A stretch of DNA of 60,061 bases, filler included. It is 3 parts of 3 records of this genome, joined end to end, with 100 filler letters (N's around TTAATTAATTAA, not from the genome) between each part and the next. Parts side by side here need not be neighbours in the genome. Positions count along the whole stretch, not along the records: positions 1 to 20,845 come from SRR20825019_2707; positions 20,946 to 41,903 come from SRR20825019_2712; 1 more part is not named here. One strand, written 5' to 3'. This document shows, one piece after another, positions 17,745 through 27,223 of this stretch (positions are counted from its first letter, which is position 1; each line of letters begins with the position of its first letter). The notes beneath the pieces are model-generated. The model had not been told where the DNA came from, did no database searches, and saw only the letters and a program-made list of their open reading frames with translations. The position numbers and the translations under genes were made by a program.

Positions 17745-18947
17745 ATGGCTGTCGTTGACAGAGGGGCGTCGGGACAGGGTTCATCGTTTTCGGAAATCGT
17801 AAACGACGAGCGTTACCGATCCATATTCTACCAAATAATCGTGTTTGCAGCCGTTATGTGGGTCGGCTGGTACTTGTTCTCAAACACGTCACAAAACCTC
17901 GAAGAACGGGGAATGAGCGCCGGTTTTGGCTTTCTGAATAGCACTGCCGGGTTCTCAATATCGTTTTCCATTATTCCTTACGAAGCCGGTGACAGCTACC
18001 TGTGGGTCTATCTGGTAGGCATCACCAATACGCTTCTGTTGTCGTTTCTTGCCATCGTGGCGACGACCCTGCTTGGGTTTTTCATCGGCATTCTGCGGCT
18101 GTCCAAAAACTGGATGGTTGCGCAGCTGGCGTCCTGGTACGTCGAAATCCTGCGAAATACGCCGCTTTTGCTGCAGATCCTGTTCTGGTATCTCGCTGTT
18201 TTCGCGATCCTGCCGAGGCCGAAGAACAGTCTCGATGTTCTCGGACTTGAGGTTTTTCAGCTGAATAACAGGGGATTCTATTTCCCGGCACCGATTCCAG
18301 GGGATCTATTCTGGCTGACCATGGTCACGCTTCTTGTCTCCGTGATCGTGGCCTATTGCATCGCGGTTTGGGCCAAGAAACGGCAAAATGCGACCGGTCA
18401 AAGATTCCCGGCTTTCTGGACCGCCGTGGGTATCATTGTCGGTGTTCCGCTTTTGATGTTCCTGGTGACGGGCTCTCCGCTGCAATGGGAAATTCCTGTT
18501 CTTAAGGGCTTCAATTTCTCTGGTGGATCATCCGTTCCTCCGGCGTTCCTCGCGGTTTTCATCGCTCTCGTGATCTATCACGCCTGCTTTATCGCAGAGA
18601 TGGTGCGGGCCGGGATTCTGTCAGTCAGTCACGGGCAGACCGAGGCATCGTATTCCCTTGGACTGAAGCCGGGACTTACGCTGCGGCTGGTGATCATCCC
18701 GCAGGCCATGCGGGCAATCGTTCCGCCGCTGATCAGTAACTGGATGAATGTGGTCAAGAATTCGTCCCTGGCAATTGCCGTGGGCTTTCCTGACCTCGTC
18801 GCGGTCTTCATGCAGACCTCGCTGAACCAGTCCGGCCATGCGATCGAGATCGTGGCCATGGTGATGTTCTTCTACATGACCGTGAGCCTGAGCATTTCCG
18901 CCGCGCTGAATTATTACAACAAGCTCGTTCAATTGAAGGAGCGGTGA
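17745..18947 (+). CDS. aapQ: Amino acid ABC permease (AapQ/BztB)
   Basis: RNTPLLLQILFWY, AEMVRAGILSV..GQTEAS, KNSSLAIAVG. Confidence 0.92.
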   Translation: MAVVDRGASGQGSSFSEIVNDERYRSIFYQIIVFAAVMWVGWYLFSNTSQNLEERGMSAGFGFLNSTAGFSISFSIIPYEAGDSYLWVYLVGITNTLLLSFLAIVATTLLGFFIGILRLSKNWMVAQLASWYVEILRNTPLLLQILFWYLAVFAILPRPKNSLDVLGLEVFQLNNRGFYFPAPIPGDLFWLTMVTLLVSVIVAYCIAVWAKKRQNATGQRFPAFWTAVGIIVGVPLLMFLVTGSPLQWEIPVLKGFNFSGGSSVPPAFLAVFIALVIYHACFIAEMVRAGILSVSHGQTEASYSLGLKPGLTLRLVIIPQAMRAIVPPLISNWMNVVKNSSLAIAVGFPDLVAVFMQTSLNQSGHAIEIVAMVMFFYMTVSLSISAALNYYNKLVQLKER

Positions 18948-18950
18948 GCC

Positions 18951-20306
18951 ATGACAAATCTTGACGCATCGTCTTCGGAAGTTGTCTTCCAGCCCAAACC
19001 CAGTCTGCCGCCGCCGCCTAATACAGTCGGTGTCGTAGGCTGGATCCGGAAGAATCTGTTCAGCAGCCCGTTAAATGCTTTCCTGACCATCCTGTCGCTT
19101 TATGTGATTTGGGTGGTGGTTTCCAACACGTTTGAATGGGCGGTTGTTAACGCCGTCTGGGAAGCCAATTCACGTCGTGAATGTCTCGACAAAGTCGGAC
19201 TTTCAGGAGCGTGCTGGGCCGGTGTCAGCCACTGGATGAAAAACTTCATCTATGGCCGGTATCCGGATGAGGAAATCTGGCGGGTTAATCTTGGCTTCGG
19301 CATCCTCATCCTCTGGATGCTGCCGTTCTGGCTTCCGCGGGTGACATCGAAGATCGCTATTGGCGCTTCGGCAATCCTGATCTCTCCTTTCCTTCTCGGT
19401 TATCTTTTTGCCGGGGGCGAAAAGGGGCTGTTCCTGCAGGTCATGGTCTCTGTTGCGGTCACGTCCTTCATTTTCAGCTGGGTGCACACCGTGCTGTGCA
19501 TTACCACGGGCAAGCCGCTCTGGACCTCCATCGTCATGGCCAGCGGGTTTTCCGCGAAACCGGAAGCCACGCAAAAATACCCGGTATTCGCAGCCTTTCT
19601 GGTTGTGTTCATCGCGGCCTTTGCATGGCAATCAGGCTGGGACATCAGCTCGCAATCAACCAATCTCTGGGGCGGTTTGTTTGTCACTCTGGTGATTTCG
19701 GGAATCGGGATCGCGGTCTCATTGCCTGCCGGTATCGTACTGGCTCTGGGGCGCCGTTCGAAAATGCCGGTTATCCGGGTTTTCTGTGTGTCCTTTATCG
19801 AGCTGTTCCGGTCGGTTCCCCTGATCACCGTGCTTTTCATGGCGGTAACCATGGTGCCGTTGTTCCTGCCGGAGGCTATCAACCCGGTGAAGATCGTTCA
19901 GGCGATCATCGCGGTTTGCATCTTCTCCTCGGCTTATATGGCGGAAACAGTGCGTGGCGGCCTTCAGGCCATTCCAAAAGGGCAGTACGAAGCGGCGCAA
20001 GCCCTTGGTCTGAACTACTGGAAAATGATGACCCTGATCGTCATGCCGCAGGCACTTAAACTGATGATCCCGAACATTGTCGGCAGCTTCATCGGGCTTT
20101 TGAAGGACACCACGCTGGTTTCCATCGTCGGCCTCTATGATCTGCTGCTGATGCTGAAGGCCGTCAGTCAAAACCCGCAATGGAACGGTATTCACACAGA
20201 GCCGCTTGTCTTCGGCGCAGCGCTGTATTTCGTTCTCTGTTTCATCATGTCGAAATACAGCCAGCATCTTGAACGGACGCTGGGAGCAGGGCAGGTCCGG
20301 AGGTAA
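18951..20306 (+). CDS. aapM: Amino acid ABC permease (AapM/BztC)
   Basis: WIRKNLFSS, GACW, YGRYP, FRSVPLITVLF, AETVRGGLQAIPKGQYEAA. Confidence 0.92.
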   Translation: MTNLDASSSEVVFQPKPSLPPPPNTVGVVGWIRKNLFSSPLNAFLTILSLYVIWVVVSNTFEWAVVNAVWEANSRRECLDKVGLSGACWAGVSHWMKNFIYGRYPDEEIWRVNLGFGILILWMLPFWLPRVTSKIAIGASAILISPFLLGYLFAGGEKGLFLQVMVSVAVTSFIFSWVHTVLCITTGKPLWTSIVMASGFSAKPEATQKYPVFAAFLVVFIAAFAWQSGWDISSQSTNLWGGLFVTLVISGIGIAVSLPAGIVLALGRRSKMPVIRVFCVSFIELFRSVPLITVLFMAVTMVPLFLPEAINPVKIVQAIIAVCIFSSAYMAETVRGGLQAIPKGQYEAAQALGLNYWKMMTLIVMPQALKLMIPNIVGSFIGLLKDTTLVSIVGLYDLLLMLKAVSQNPQWNGIHTEPLVFGAALYFVLCFIMSKYSQHLERTLGAGQVRR

Positions 20307-20356
20307 TCCGGGCCAACCCATTTCTTTCCAGTGTATCGAGCCAAGGAGTTAATAAT

Positions 20357-20845
20357 ATGAGCATGGATGCTCAGGTCGAAACCAAACCAACGGTCAAGTC
20401 CACCAAGGGCGATGAAGTCGTCATTGAGCTGGCTGGCGTTAATAAATGGTACGGAGAGTTCCACGTCCTGAAAGACGTGAACCTCTCGGTTCACCAGGGT
20501 GAGAAGATCGTTATCTGTGGCCCGTCCGGGTCCGGTAAATCGACGCTTATCCGTTGTATCAACCGTCTGGAAGAGCATCAGGGCGGCGATATCATCGTCA
20601 ACGGCGTGACGCTCGACAACAACCTGAAGAACATCGACGCGATCCGCAGCGATGTTGGCATGGTGTTCCAGAGCTTCAATCTTTTCCCGCACCTGACAGT
20701 GCTGGAAAATTGCACGCTGGCCCCGATCTGGGTGAAGCAGACGCCGAAGGCTCAAGCGGAAGAGCTGGCGATGGAATATCTCCATCGCGTGAAGATCCCG
20801 GAGCAGGCCTCTAAATATCCGGGCCAGCTTTCCGGCGGTCAGCAG
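20357..20845 (+). CDS. aapP: Amino acid ABC ATPase (AapP/BztD); truncated at contig end
   Basis: VNKWYG, GPSGSGKSTLIRCINRLE, YPGQLSGGQQ, then the N linker. Confidence 0.92.
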
Positions 20846-20945
20846 NNNNNNNNNNNNNNNNNNNNNNNNNNNNNNNNNNNNNNNNNNNNTTAATTAATTA
20901 ANNNNNNNNNNNNNNNNNNNNNNNNNNNNNNNNNNNNNNNNNNNN
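20846..20945. other. Synthetic contig-joining linker
   Basis: 44 N + TTAATTAATTAA (stops in all six frames) + 44 N; genes on both sides are truncated. Confidence 0.98.
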
Positions 20946-21992
20946 TTCGAAAACACCTTCATGATGTACCTGCCGAGGCTCTGTGAACACTGCCTCAACC
21001 CAACCTGTGTGGCGGCCTGCCCATCGGGTGCTATCTACAAGCGGGAAGAAGATGGCATTGTGCTCATCGATCAGGACAAATGTCGTGGCTGGCGCATGTG
21101 CGTCTCGGGCTGCCCCTACAAGAAAATTTATTTCAACTGGCAGTCCGGCAAGTCGGAGAAATGCACCTTCTGCTTCCCACGCATTGAGAATGGCGAGCCG
21201 ACCGTATGCTCGGAAACCTGCGTGGGCCGCATCCGTTACCTCGGTGTGTTGCTTTATGATGCTGACCGCATCCAGGAAGCTGCCGCAACCGAGGATCCAG
21301 AAGACCTATACAAGGCTCAGTGCGATATCTTCCTTGATCCCCACGATCCGGCGGTGATCGAGCAGGCGCGCAAGGATGGTGTACCGGATAGTTGGCTCGA
21401 GGCTGCCAAACGTTCGCCTGTTTACAAGATGGCGATCGACTGGAAGGTAGCCTTCCCGCTACATCCGGAGTATCGCACTTTGCCAATGGTTTGGTATATC
21501 CCGCCATTATCGCCTATTCAGAGCGCCTATGCAGAAGGCAAGGTTGCAGGTGACGACATCATGCCAGACGTGAAAAGTCTGCGTATACCTGTCAAATATC
21601 TCGCCAATATGCTGACTGGAGGCCGCGAAGAGCCAGTGGTGCATGCGCTTGAGCGTATGCTGGCTATGCGGAGCTTCATGCGTGGCAAAACCATCGCAGG
21701 GTCCGGAGATAAAGCGGTCCTCGATCGTGTCGGTCTTGACGAACGCATGGTGGCGGACATGTACAAGATCATGGCGCTTGCCGACTATGACGACCGCTTC
21801 GTCATTCCAACCAATCACCGTGAATATGCGGGCAAGACTCCATTCGATAACGATATCGCGTTCGAGAGCCGGTCTGCCTGTGGCTTCAGCTTTGGCAACG
21901 GTTGTTCTAGCGGTTCGGCGCGTTCAGGCGGCCTGTTTGGCGGCCCGACCCACAAAAACACTATGAGCGGCAATGTTGGGAGGCAAAAATGA
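20946..21992 (+). CDS. narH: Respiratory nitrate reductase beta subunit; 5'-truncated
   Basis: FENTFMMYLPRLCEHCLNPTCVAACPSG, CRGWRMCVSGCPYKK, PLHPEYRTLPMVWY, CGFSFGNGC. Confidence 0.96.
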   Translation, partial: FENTFMMYLPRLCEHCLNPTCVAACPSGAIYKREEDGIVLIDQDKCRGWRMCVSGCPYKKIYFNWQSGKSEKCTFCFPRIENGEPTVCSETCVGRIRYLGVLLYDADRIQEAAATEDPEDLYKAQCDIFLDPHDPAVIEQARKDGVPDSWLEAAKRSPVYKMAIDWKVAFPLHPEYRTLPMVWYIPPLSPIQSAYAEGKVAGDDIMPDVKSLRIPVKYLANMLTGGREEPVVHALERMLAMRSFMRGKTIAGSGDKAVLDRVGLDERMVADMYKIMALADYDDRFVIPTNHREYAGKTPFDNDIAFESRSACGFSFGNGCSSGSARSGGLFGGPTHKNTMSGNVGRQK

Positions 21993-22666
21993 ATACGATC
22001 AAGCTTCTAGGGATGCTTCTTTCCTACCCGAGCACAGAATTGCAACAGCATGCCGGCGAGATCAGGGAGGCGATTACGGAGGAGGGATTGGTGCCCGCCA
22101 AGCTGCACAAGCCGCTGTCCGCCTTCATTGATGACCTTGGCCGGCGTAACCTGCTGGGCCTGCAGGAGGAATATGTCGCAACTTTTGACCGGTCGCGTGC
22201 ACACTCACTCTATCTGTTTGAGCATGTGCACGGTGAAAGCCGGGACCGTGGTCAGGCCATGGTTGACCTCATGGGGCTGTATAAAACTGCTGGAATCAAG
22301 CTCGCACAACGTGAACTGCCAGATTATCTACCAGTGTTTCTTGAATTCCTGTCTCTCCGTCCATTTGATGAGGCGCAGGATTATCTTGGCGAGGTTGCCC
22401 ATATACTTGAGGCGATTGGGGCAAAACTGAAGCTGCGTAAGAACCCATACCAGCATGTGTTCAGGGCACTTGTGGCCCTGACGAATGTCAAAATCGACCC
22501 AAAATTTGTTGAACAGGCGGTTGAGGATGCCCGCCGTGAGGATACGAGCCTCGCTGCGCTTGACAAAGAGTGGGAAGAAACACCGGCCTTCGACGGCATT
22601 GGTGCGGATTGCTCGGTATGCCCGCAAGGCACACCGGCCAAACCCCGCCAAACCGCAACGCATTAG
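21989..22666 (+). CDS. narJ: Nitrate reductase molybdenum cofactor assembly chaperone
   Basis: LLSYP, YVATFDRSR..SLYLFEHVHGESRDRGQAM, ELPDYLPVFLEF. Confidence 0.95.
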   Translation: MNTIKLLGMLLSYPSTELQQHAGEIREAITEEGLVPAKLHKPLSAFIDDLGRRNLLGLQEEYVATFDRSRAHSLYLFEHVHGESRDRGQAMVDLMGLYKTAGIKLAQRELPDYLPVFLEFLSLRPFDEAQDYLGEVAHILEAIGAKLKLRKNPYQHVFRALVALTNVKIDPKFVEQAVEDARREDTSLAALDKEWEETPAFDGIGADCSVCPQGTPAKPRQTATH

Positions 22667-22680
22667 AATAGGAGCGGGAT

Positions 22681-23364
22681 ATGAGCAATTATCTCAACGA
22701 TTTTTTCTTCGGAATCTATCCCTACCTCGCCATCGTTATTATGGTAATGGGGTCGATCCTCAGGTACGATCAAGACCCCTATAGCTGGAAAGCGGGCTCA
22801 AGCCAGTTGTTGCGCTCGCGGGGCATGCGCGCTGGTAGCAACCTTTTCCATGTTGGCATCATTTTACTCTTCTTCGGTCATTTTGTCGGTCTTCTGACGC
22901 CGGAGCCTGTGTATCACGCCGTCATGACAGCGGCCACCAAACAGACGCTTGCCATGGTGGCGGGCGGTATTTTCGGTACGCTCTGCTTTATTGGCATGAC
23001 CATACTGATCATCCGACGACTGACGGATCCACGTATCCGCGCCACCAGCCGCCCAGCGGATATCATGATTCTGCTCGTGCTGTATGTTCAGTTGATACTT
23101 GGCCTCGCGACCATTCCTTTCTCTGCCCAGCATACTGACGGCAGCTCGATGATCGCACTTGCTAACTGGGCGCAGCATATTGTCACCTTCCGCACAGGCG
23201 CTGCAGATTTTGTGTTGCATGAACCACTGGTGTTCAAGCTGCACATCGTGCTGGGGCTTACCATCTTTGTATTGTTTCCCTTCACGCGACTAGTGCATGT
23301 CCTGTCGGCTCCGATCAAATATCTGTTTCGGTCCGGCTACCAGATCGTACGCAGGAGGAGTTGA
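22681..23364 (+). CDS. narI: Respiratory nitrate reductase gamma subunit (cytochrome b)
   Basis: FFGIYPY, RYDQDPYSW...SSQLL, FHVGI...GH, FKLHI, PFTRLVH. Confidence 0.95.
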   Translation: MSNYLNDFFFGIYPYLAIVIMVMGSILRYDQDPYSWKAGSSQLLRSRGMRAGSNLFHVGIILLFFGHFVGLLTPEPVYHAVMTAATKQTLAMVAGGIFGTLCFIGMTILIIRRLTDPRIRATSRPADIMILLVLYVQLILGLATIPFSAQHTDGSSMIALANWAQHIVTFRTGAADFVLHEPLVFKLHIVLGLTIFVLFPFTRLVHVLSAPIKYLFRSGYQIVRRRS

Positions 23365-23366
23365 TC

Positions 23367-23819
23367 ATGCCAATCTATGTGAACAAAACTGAAATCAGTG
23401 ACGACGCTGTATTTAAAGAAATGCAGTATCACCCGTCAGCCACCCGGGAAGCCGCGCGCGATGAAGCAGCCAAGGCACTATTGGTGAAGGAGCTGTTGCG
23501 TCAGGAAGCGGTCGAAAAAGGCTTGCTAAAGGATGATGCTGATGCGGATCTGATCGATGAGGCAGCGCTTGAGCTTATCGAGCAAGAGGTCTCAAGCCCC
23601 GAGGCGGACGAAGCTGCCTGCCGCCGCTATTATGATCACAATATAGAACGCTTCCGCGCGGCTGAAGGGGCAACGTTACCGCTGCCGTTCGAGCAGGTTG
23701 AGGGGCGTATCCGCGAATACCTGCATACAAGGAGTATCCGTCATGGAATTCAGTCTTACATTCTGGACCTCGCTCGAAAAGCAAAGATTGCGGGATTTGA
23801 TCTTGCAGCTTCGCTATAG
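23367..23819 (+). CDS. Nar-associated PpiC/NifM-like protein apparently lacking the rotamase domain
   Basis: EMQYHP...AAKALLVKELLRQEA, ACRRYY..N..RF, LPFEQV..RIREYL; only about 150 aa; position after narI. Confidence 0.7.
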   Translation: MPIYVNKTEISDDAVFKEMQYHPSATREAARDEAAKALLVKELLRQEAVEKGLLKDDADADLIDEAALELIEQEVSSPEADEAACRRYYDHNIERFRAAEGATLPLPFEQVEGRIREYLHTRSIRHGIQSYILDLARKAKIAGFDLAASL

Positions 23820-23849
23820 GCTGGTGCGATATGGCTTAGGGTCAACAAG

Positions 23850-24503
23850 ATGGACGCATATGAAAAACTGATCGATGGTTACCGCTCTTTTCGTGGCCAG
23901 TATCTCGATAAGCAGTATGAAGCTTATCGAGACTGGGCGGCTCAGGGCCAAAGTCCAAAAAGCTTGATCATTGGTTGCAGTGATAGCCGGGTGAACCCTG
24001 TTATCCTGACTCATGCTGGGCTAGGCGAGATTTTCGTCGTCAACAATGTTGCCAACATTGTGCCACCCTATGAAAAAGGACGTTCGCACCATAAATCCCT
24101 GGGCGCCGCCATCCAGTTCGCCATCAATCATCTTCGGGTAGAGCATATTATTGTTATGGGCCATAGCGGCTGTGGTGGTATTGCAGCACTGATGGCTGAC
24201 GATCCGACCGCGCGTCATGATATTGGCGAGGATGATTATATTGCCGACTGGGTTTCGATTCTCACGCCCGCGAAGGAAGCCGTGGTGGAGAACTGCGGCG
24301 GCTGCAAGGGCGAGGAGTGCTTGCGGCTTGCCGAAATGGAAGGCGTTCTTGTCTCGATCCAGCACTTGGCGGGGTATCCGTGGGTGCGCAGTGCGGTGAG
24401 AGCCGGGCGTCTGACCCTGCATGCTTGGTATTTCCATCTCGATAGCGGAGAATTGCTTTCCTATCGGCCCGAGGAAGGGCGTTTCAGTCGGCTAGTTTCC
24501 TGA
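23850..24503 (+). CDS. Beta-class carbonic anhydrase
   Basis: GQSP, GCSDSRV, NVANIVPP, MGHSGCGG zinc ligands. Confidence 0.93.
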   Translation: MDAYEKLIDGYRSFRGQYLDKQYEAYRDWAAQGQSPKSLIIGCSDSRVNPVILTHAGLGEIFVVNNVANIVPPYEKGRSHHKSLGAAIQFAINHLRVEHIIVMGHSGCGGIAALMADDPTARHDIGEDDYIADWVSILTPAKEAVVENCGGCKGEECLRLAEMEGVLVSIQHLAGYPWVRSAVRAGRLTLHAWYFHLDSGELLSYRPEEGRFSRLVS

Positions 24504-24551
24504 GGAAGGAAGCGAAAAAAGACGCAAATATTTCTCATATTTTTCATTGAC

Positions 24552-24565
24552 TTGATCTGGATCAG
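24552..24565 (+). promoter_or_regulatory. FNR/FixK-type box of the porin-nnrS promoter
   Basis: TTGAT-CTGG-ATCAG (9/10 match to consensus); TAAAAT at 24588-24593 gives class II (-41.5) geometry. Confidence 0.8.
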
Positions 24566-24625
24566 GCCATGGTCGGGAAGGGGGCTGTAAAATCGGGATG
24601 TTCGGTGGTTTAAAGGAGGCAAGCC

Positions 24626-25849
24626 ATGAAAAAAAACTCCCTGTTGATGGCTGCGCTGGTTGGCACTGCGCTGGCTGGTAGCCTTCCCCTCCATGCTGAA
24701 GAAATCGAGGACCTTTTCACCAAAGGTGACGTGGGACTGGAGTTCCGTTATCGCCTTGAGCTGGTGGATCAGGACGGCCTCGCGAAGAACGCGACGGCGT
24801 CCACGCTCCTGACCAAATTCTGGTATTCGACAGCTAACGTGTACGGCTTCAGCGGTTACCTTGAAGCCACTAATGTCACCTCGGTTGGTAGGCAGCTCTA
24901 TAACAGCACTGTCAACGGCAATACCACCTATCCTGTGGTCGCCGACCCGGAAGTGACCGAGCTTAATCAGGCATATGCACAGTATAAAAACGACTTTGCG
25001 ACGGTTAAGCTGGGCCGGCAGGGTGTGAACCTCGACGACCAGCGTTTCATTGGCACCGTCGGCTGGCGACAGAATGACCAGACCTATGACGCCGCCGTGG
25101 CCATTCTAACCCCATCCAAGGATATTACAGCGATTTACGGCTATATGTGGAATGTGAACCGCATATTCGGCCATAATCACCCGCTTGGCGATCTTGATAC
25201 CAACACGCATCTTTTTAATGTCACCTATTCCGGGTTCAGTTTCGGCAAGCTGACGGCCTATTCCTACCTGCTGGATCTCAACGATACACCGGTGCTGGGG
25301 CTCTCAAGCGCCACCTATGGCGCACGGTTTACCGGGCAAGCGGGCATAAACGAGGGCGTGAAGGTCGGTTACCAGGCCGAATATGCTCGACAGACTGACT
25401 ATAAGGGAAATCCGGCCGATTTCGCCACTGATTTCTGGCATCTGGGGGCGGGCGTATCGCTTTCTGGTATGAGGTTAGGACTAGATTACGAGCTTCTGGG
25501 ATCAGATAGCGGCGTTGCATTCCAAACCCCACTTGCCACACTCCATAAATTCAATGGCTGGGCAGACAAATTCCTCAGCACACCGGGGCACGGCTTGCAG
25601 GATATCTATGCTTCTCTTGCCTATACTGTGCCGGGGGAAGGCGCGCTTTCGGGCCTTAAACTGTTGGCTGTCTATCATGATTTTCAGTCCGATGTTGGCG
25701 ATTTGTCTTACGGAAGTGAATGGAATTTCCAGGCCAGCAAGAAGCTGAATAAATATCTCAACCTAGTGGTCAAGGCCGCGCACTATAACGCTGATGCTTT
25801 CGCGACCGACACGACCAAGTTCTGGATCATGCTTGGTGCCAAATTCTAG
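24626..25849 (+). CDS. Alginate-export (AlgE-like) family outer-membrane beta-barrel
   Basis: Signal peptide; RYRLE.VDQ, ADPEVTELNQAY, GRQ...DDQRFIGTVGWRQN.QTYDA, FQTPLATLHKFNGWADKF; terminal Phe. Confidence 0.85.
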   Translation: MKKNSLLMAALVGTALAGSLPLHAEEIEDLFTKGDVGLEFRYRLELVDQDGLAKNATASTLLTKFWYSTANVYGFSGYLEATNVTSVGRQLYNSTVNGNTTYPVVADPEVTELNQAYAQYKNDFATVKLGRQGVNLDDQRFIGTVGWRQNDQTYDAAVAILTPSKDITAIYGYMWNVNRIFGHNHPLGDLDTNTHLFNVTYSGFSFGKLTAYSYLLDLNDTPVLGLSSATYGARFTGQAGINEGVKVGYQAEYARQTDYKGNPADFATDFWHLGAGVSLSGMRLGLDYELLGSDSGVAFQTPLATLHKFNGWADKFLSTPGHGLQDIYASLAYTVPGEGALSGLKLLAVYHDFQSDVGDLSYGSEWNFQASKKLNKYLNLVVKAAHYNADAFATDTTKFWIMLGAKF

Positions 25850-25865
25850 GACAAAATATCCCTCA

Positions 25866-25900
25866 GGGGGTCGGGTGCGACCATGTTGCATCTGGCCCCC
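25866..25900 (+). other. Long G-U-containing intergenic hairpin between porin and nnrS
   Basis: GGGGGTCGGGTGCGAC-CAT-GTTGCATCTGGCCCCC with no U-tract. Confidence 0.5.
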
Positions 25901-25947
25901 ATCCTGGGAAAAGCGCTAGAATATGGAGGAAACGGTAGAAAGGTTTC

Positions 25948-27126
25948 ATGATGGCAAGAAGACAGTATGACGGTCCGGCATTTCTAAGCCACGGTTTCAG
26001 GCCATTTTTCCTCATGGCAGGCCTTGCGGGTTTCCTGCTGGTGCCGGGCTGGCTTTATCTTTTTTTTCACGGTGGCTTGCTGCCTTCTGGCATTGATGCT
26101 CTGGATTGGCATATCCATGAAATGGTGTTTGGTTATCTGTCAGCGGTCATTACGGGCTTCCTGCTGACGGCAATTCCCAATTGGACCGGGCGGTTGCCGA
26201 TCTCGGGCATGCCGCTTGTCTGCCTCGTTTTGCTTTGGCTGCTGGGTCGTGCGCTTATGCTTGTGCCGGTACCGGACATGGTTCGCGCAGTTGGTGACAG
26301 CCTGTTTCTCATTATCATGGCCCTTGTTTCTGCACGTGAGGTGAAGGCGGGTAAGAATTGGCGCAACGTACCTGTCTGTTTGCTGGTTGGTCTTTTTGCA
26401 ATAGGCAACATTACCTTCCATGGTGAACGTCTTGGCGTGTTTGACAGCGATGTGGCGGTGCGGGCAGCGCTTTCGGTCATCTCGGTACTGATCGCGCTTA
26501 TCGGCGGACGCATCGTCCCAAGCTTCACCACAAACTGGCTTATCAAGGCTGAGGCGACAGCGCGCCCTGCACCTTTCAACAGTTTCGATAAGGCGGTACT
26601 TGCGCTGACTGTGCTCGCGCTCGTTTTTTGGAGTGCTGCGCCGGATGGTGTCCTTACGGGAGCACTTCTGATGCTTGCGGGTGCCCTGCAGTTTGCGCGC
26701 CTCGTACGGTGGAAAGGTTGGGTGCCATGGCGTAACGCACTCGTGCTTGTGCTGCATCTGGCTTATCTCTGGCTGCCTGTTGGGCTGGTGCTCCTTGGGC
26801 TTTCCATCACTATGCCGGATATTGTGGCTGTGCCTTCTGCGGGTATCCACGCACTGACCGCTGGGCTGATGGGTATGATGACGGTCGCGGTCATGACACG
26901 AGCCACGCTTGGTCATACCGGGCGAGATCTTGCAGCGGGTGCTGTCGGCTTCTGGCTCTACTCCGTGTTGTTTGCGGCAGCAGCGATACGTGTCGTGGCT
27001 TCTCTGGTGCAGGACTTCTATACAGATGGCATCATGATCTCCGGCGGGCTGTGGTCGATCGGTTTCCTGATTTTCGTAGTGCACTATGGTGCCATGACAC
27101 TTGCGCCAAGGGTGGCCACAAAATAG
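25948..27126 (+). CDS. nnrS: NnrS family heme-copper membrane protein
   Basis: GFRPFFL, WHIHEMVFGY, GFLLTAIPNWTG, GGRIVPSFT, HALTAG, MTRATLGHTGR. Confidence 0.94.
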   Translation: MMARRQYDGPAFLSHGFRPFFLMAGLAGFLLVPGWLYLFFHGGLLPSGIDALDWHIHEMVFGYLSAVITGFLLTAIPNWTGRLPISGMPLVCLVLLWLLGRALMLVPVPDMVRAVGDSLFLIIMALVSAREVKAGKNWRNVPVCLLVGLFAIGNITFHGERLGVFDSDVAVRAALSVISVLIALIGGRIVPSFTTNWLIKAEATARPAPFNSFDKAVLALTVLALVFWSAAPDGVLTGALLMLAGALQFARLVRWKGWVPWRNALVLVLHLAYLWLPVGLVLLGLSITMPDIVAVPSAGIHALTAGLMGMMTVAVMTRATLGHTGRDLAAGAVGFWLYSVLFAAAAIRVVASLVQDFYTDGIMISGGLWSIGFLIFVVHYGAMTLAPRVATK

Positions 27127-27145
27127 GCGTAAAAATCGAAGCTGT

Positions 27146-27159
27146 TTGATCCAGGTCAA
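27146..27159 (+). promoter_or_regulatory. FNR/FixK-type box of the SDR-radical SAM-MBL operon
   Basis: TTGAT-CCAG-GTCAA; TAAGGT -10 at 27181-27186 gives class II geometry. Confidence 0.8.
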
Positions 27160-27223
27160 TCCCGCTTTCACCTAAGCCACTAAGGTTGCGTCAACCATTG
27201 AGATACGCAGGTGAGGGAGCAAG

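Noticed and set aside
20890-20901. TTAATTAATTAA palindrome, repeated at 41948-41959
   Set aside because: It is centred in N-runs of identical length; a synthetic six-frame-stop spacer, not biology.
20357-21992. Apparent aapP-narH adjacency
   Set aside because: It spans an artificial junction and both genes are truncated.
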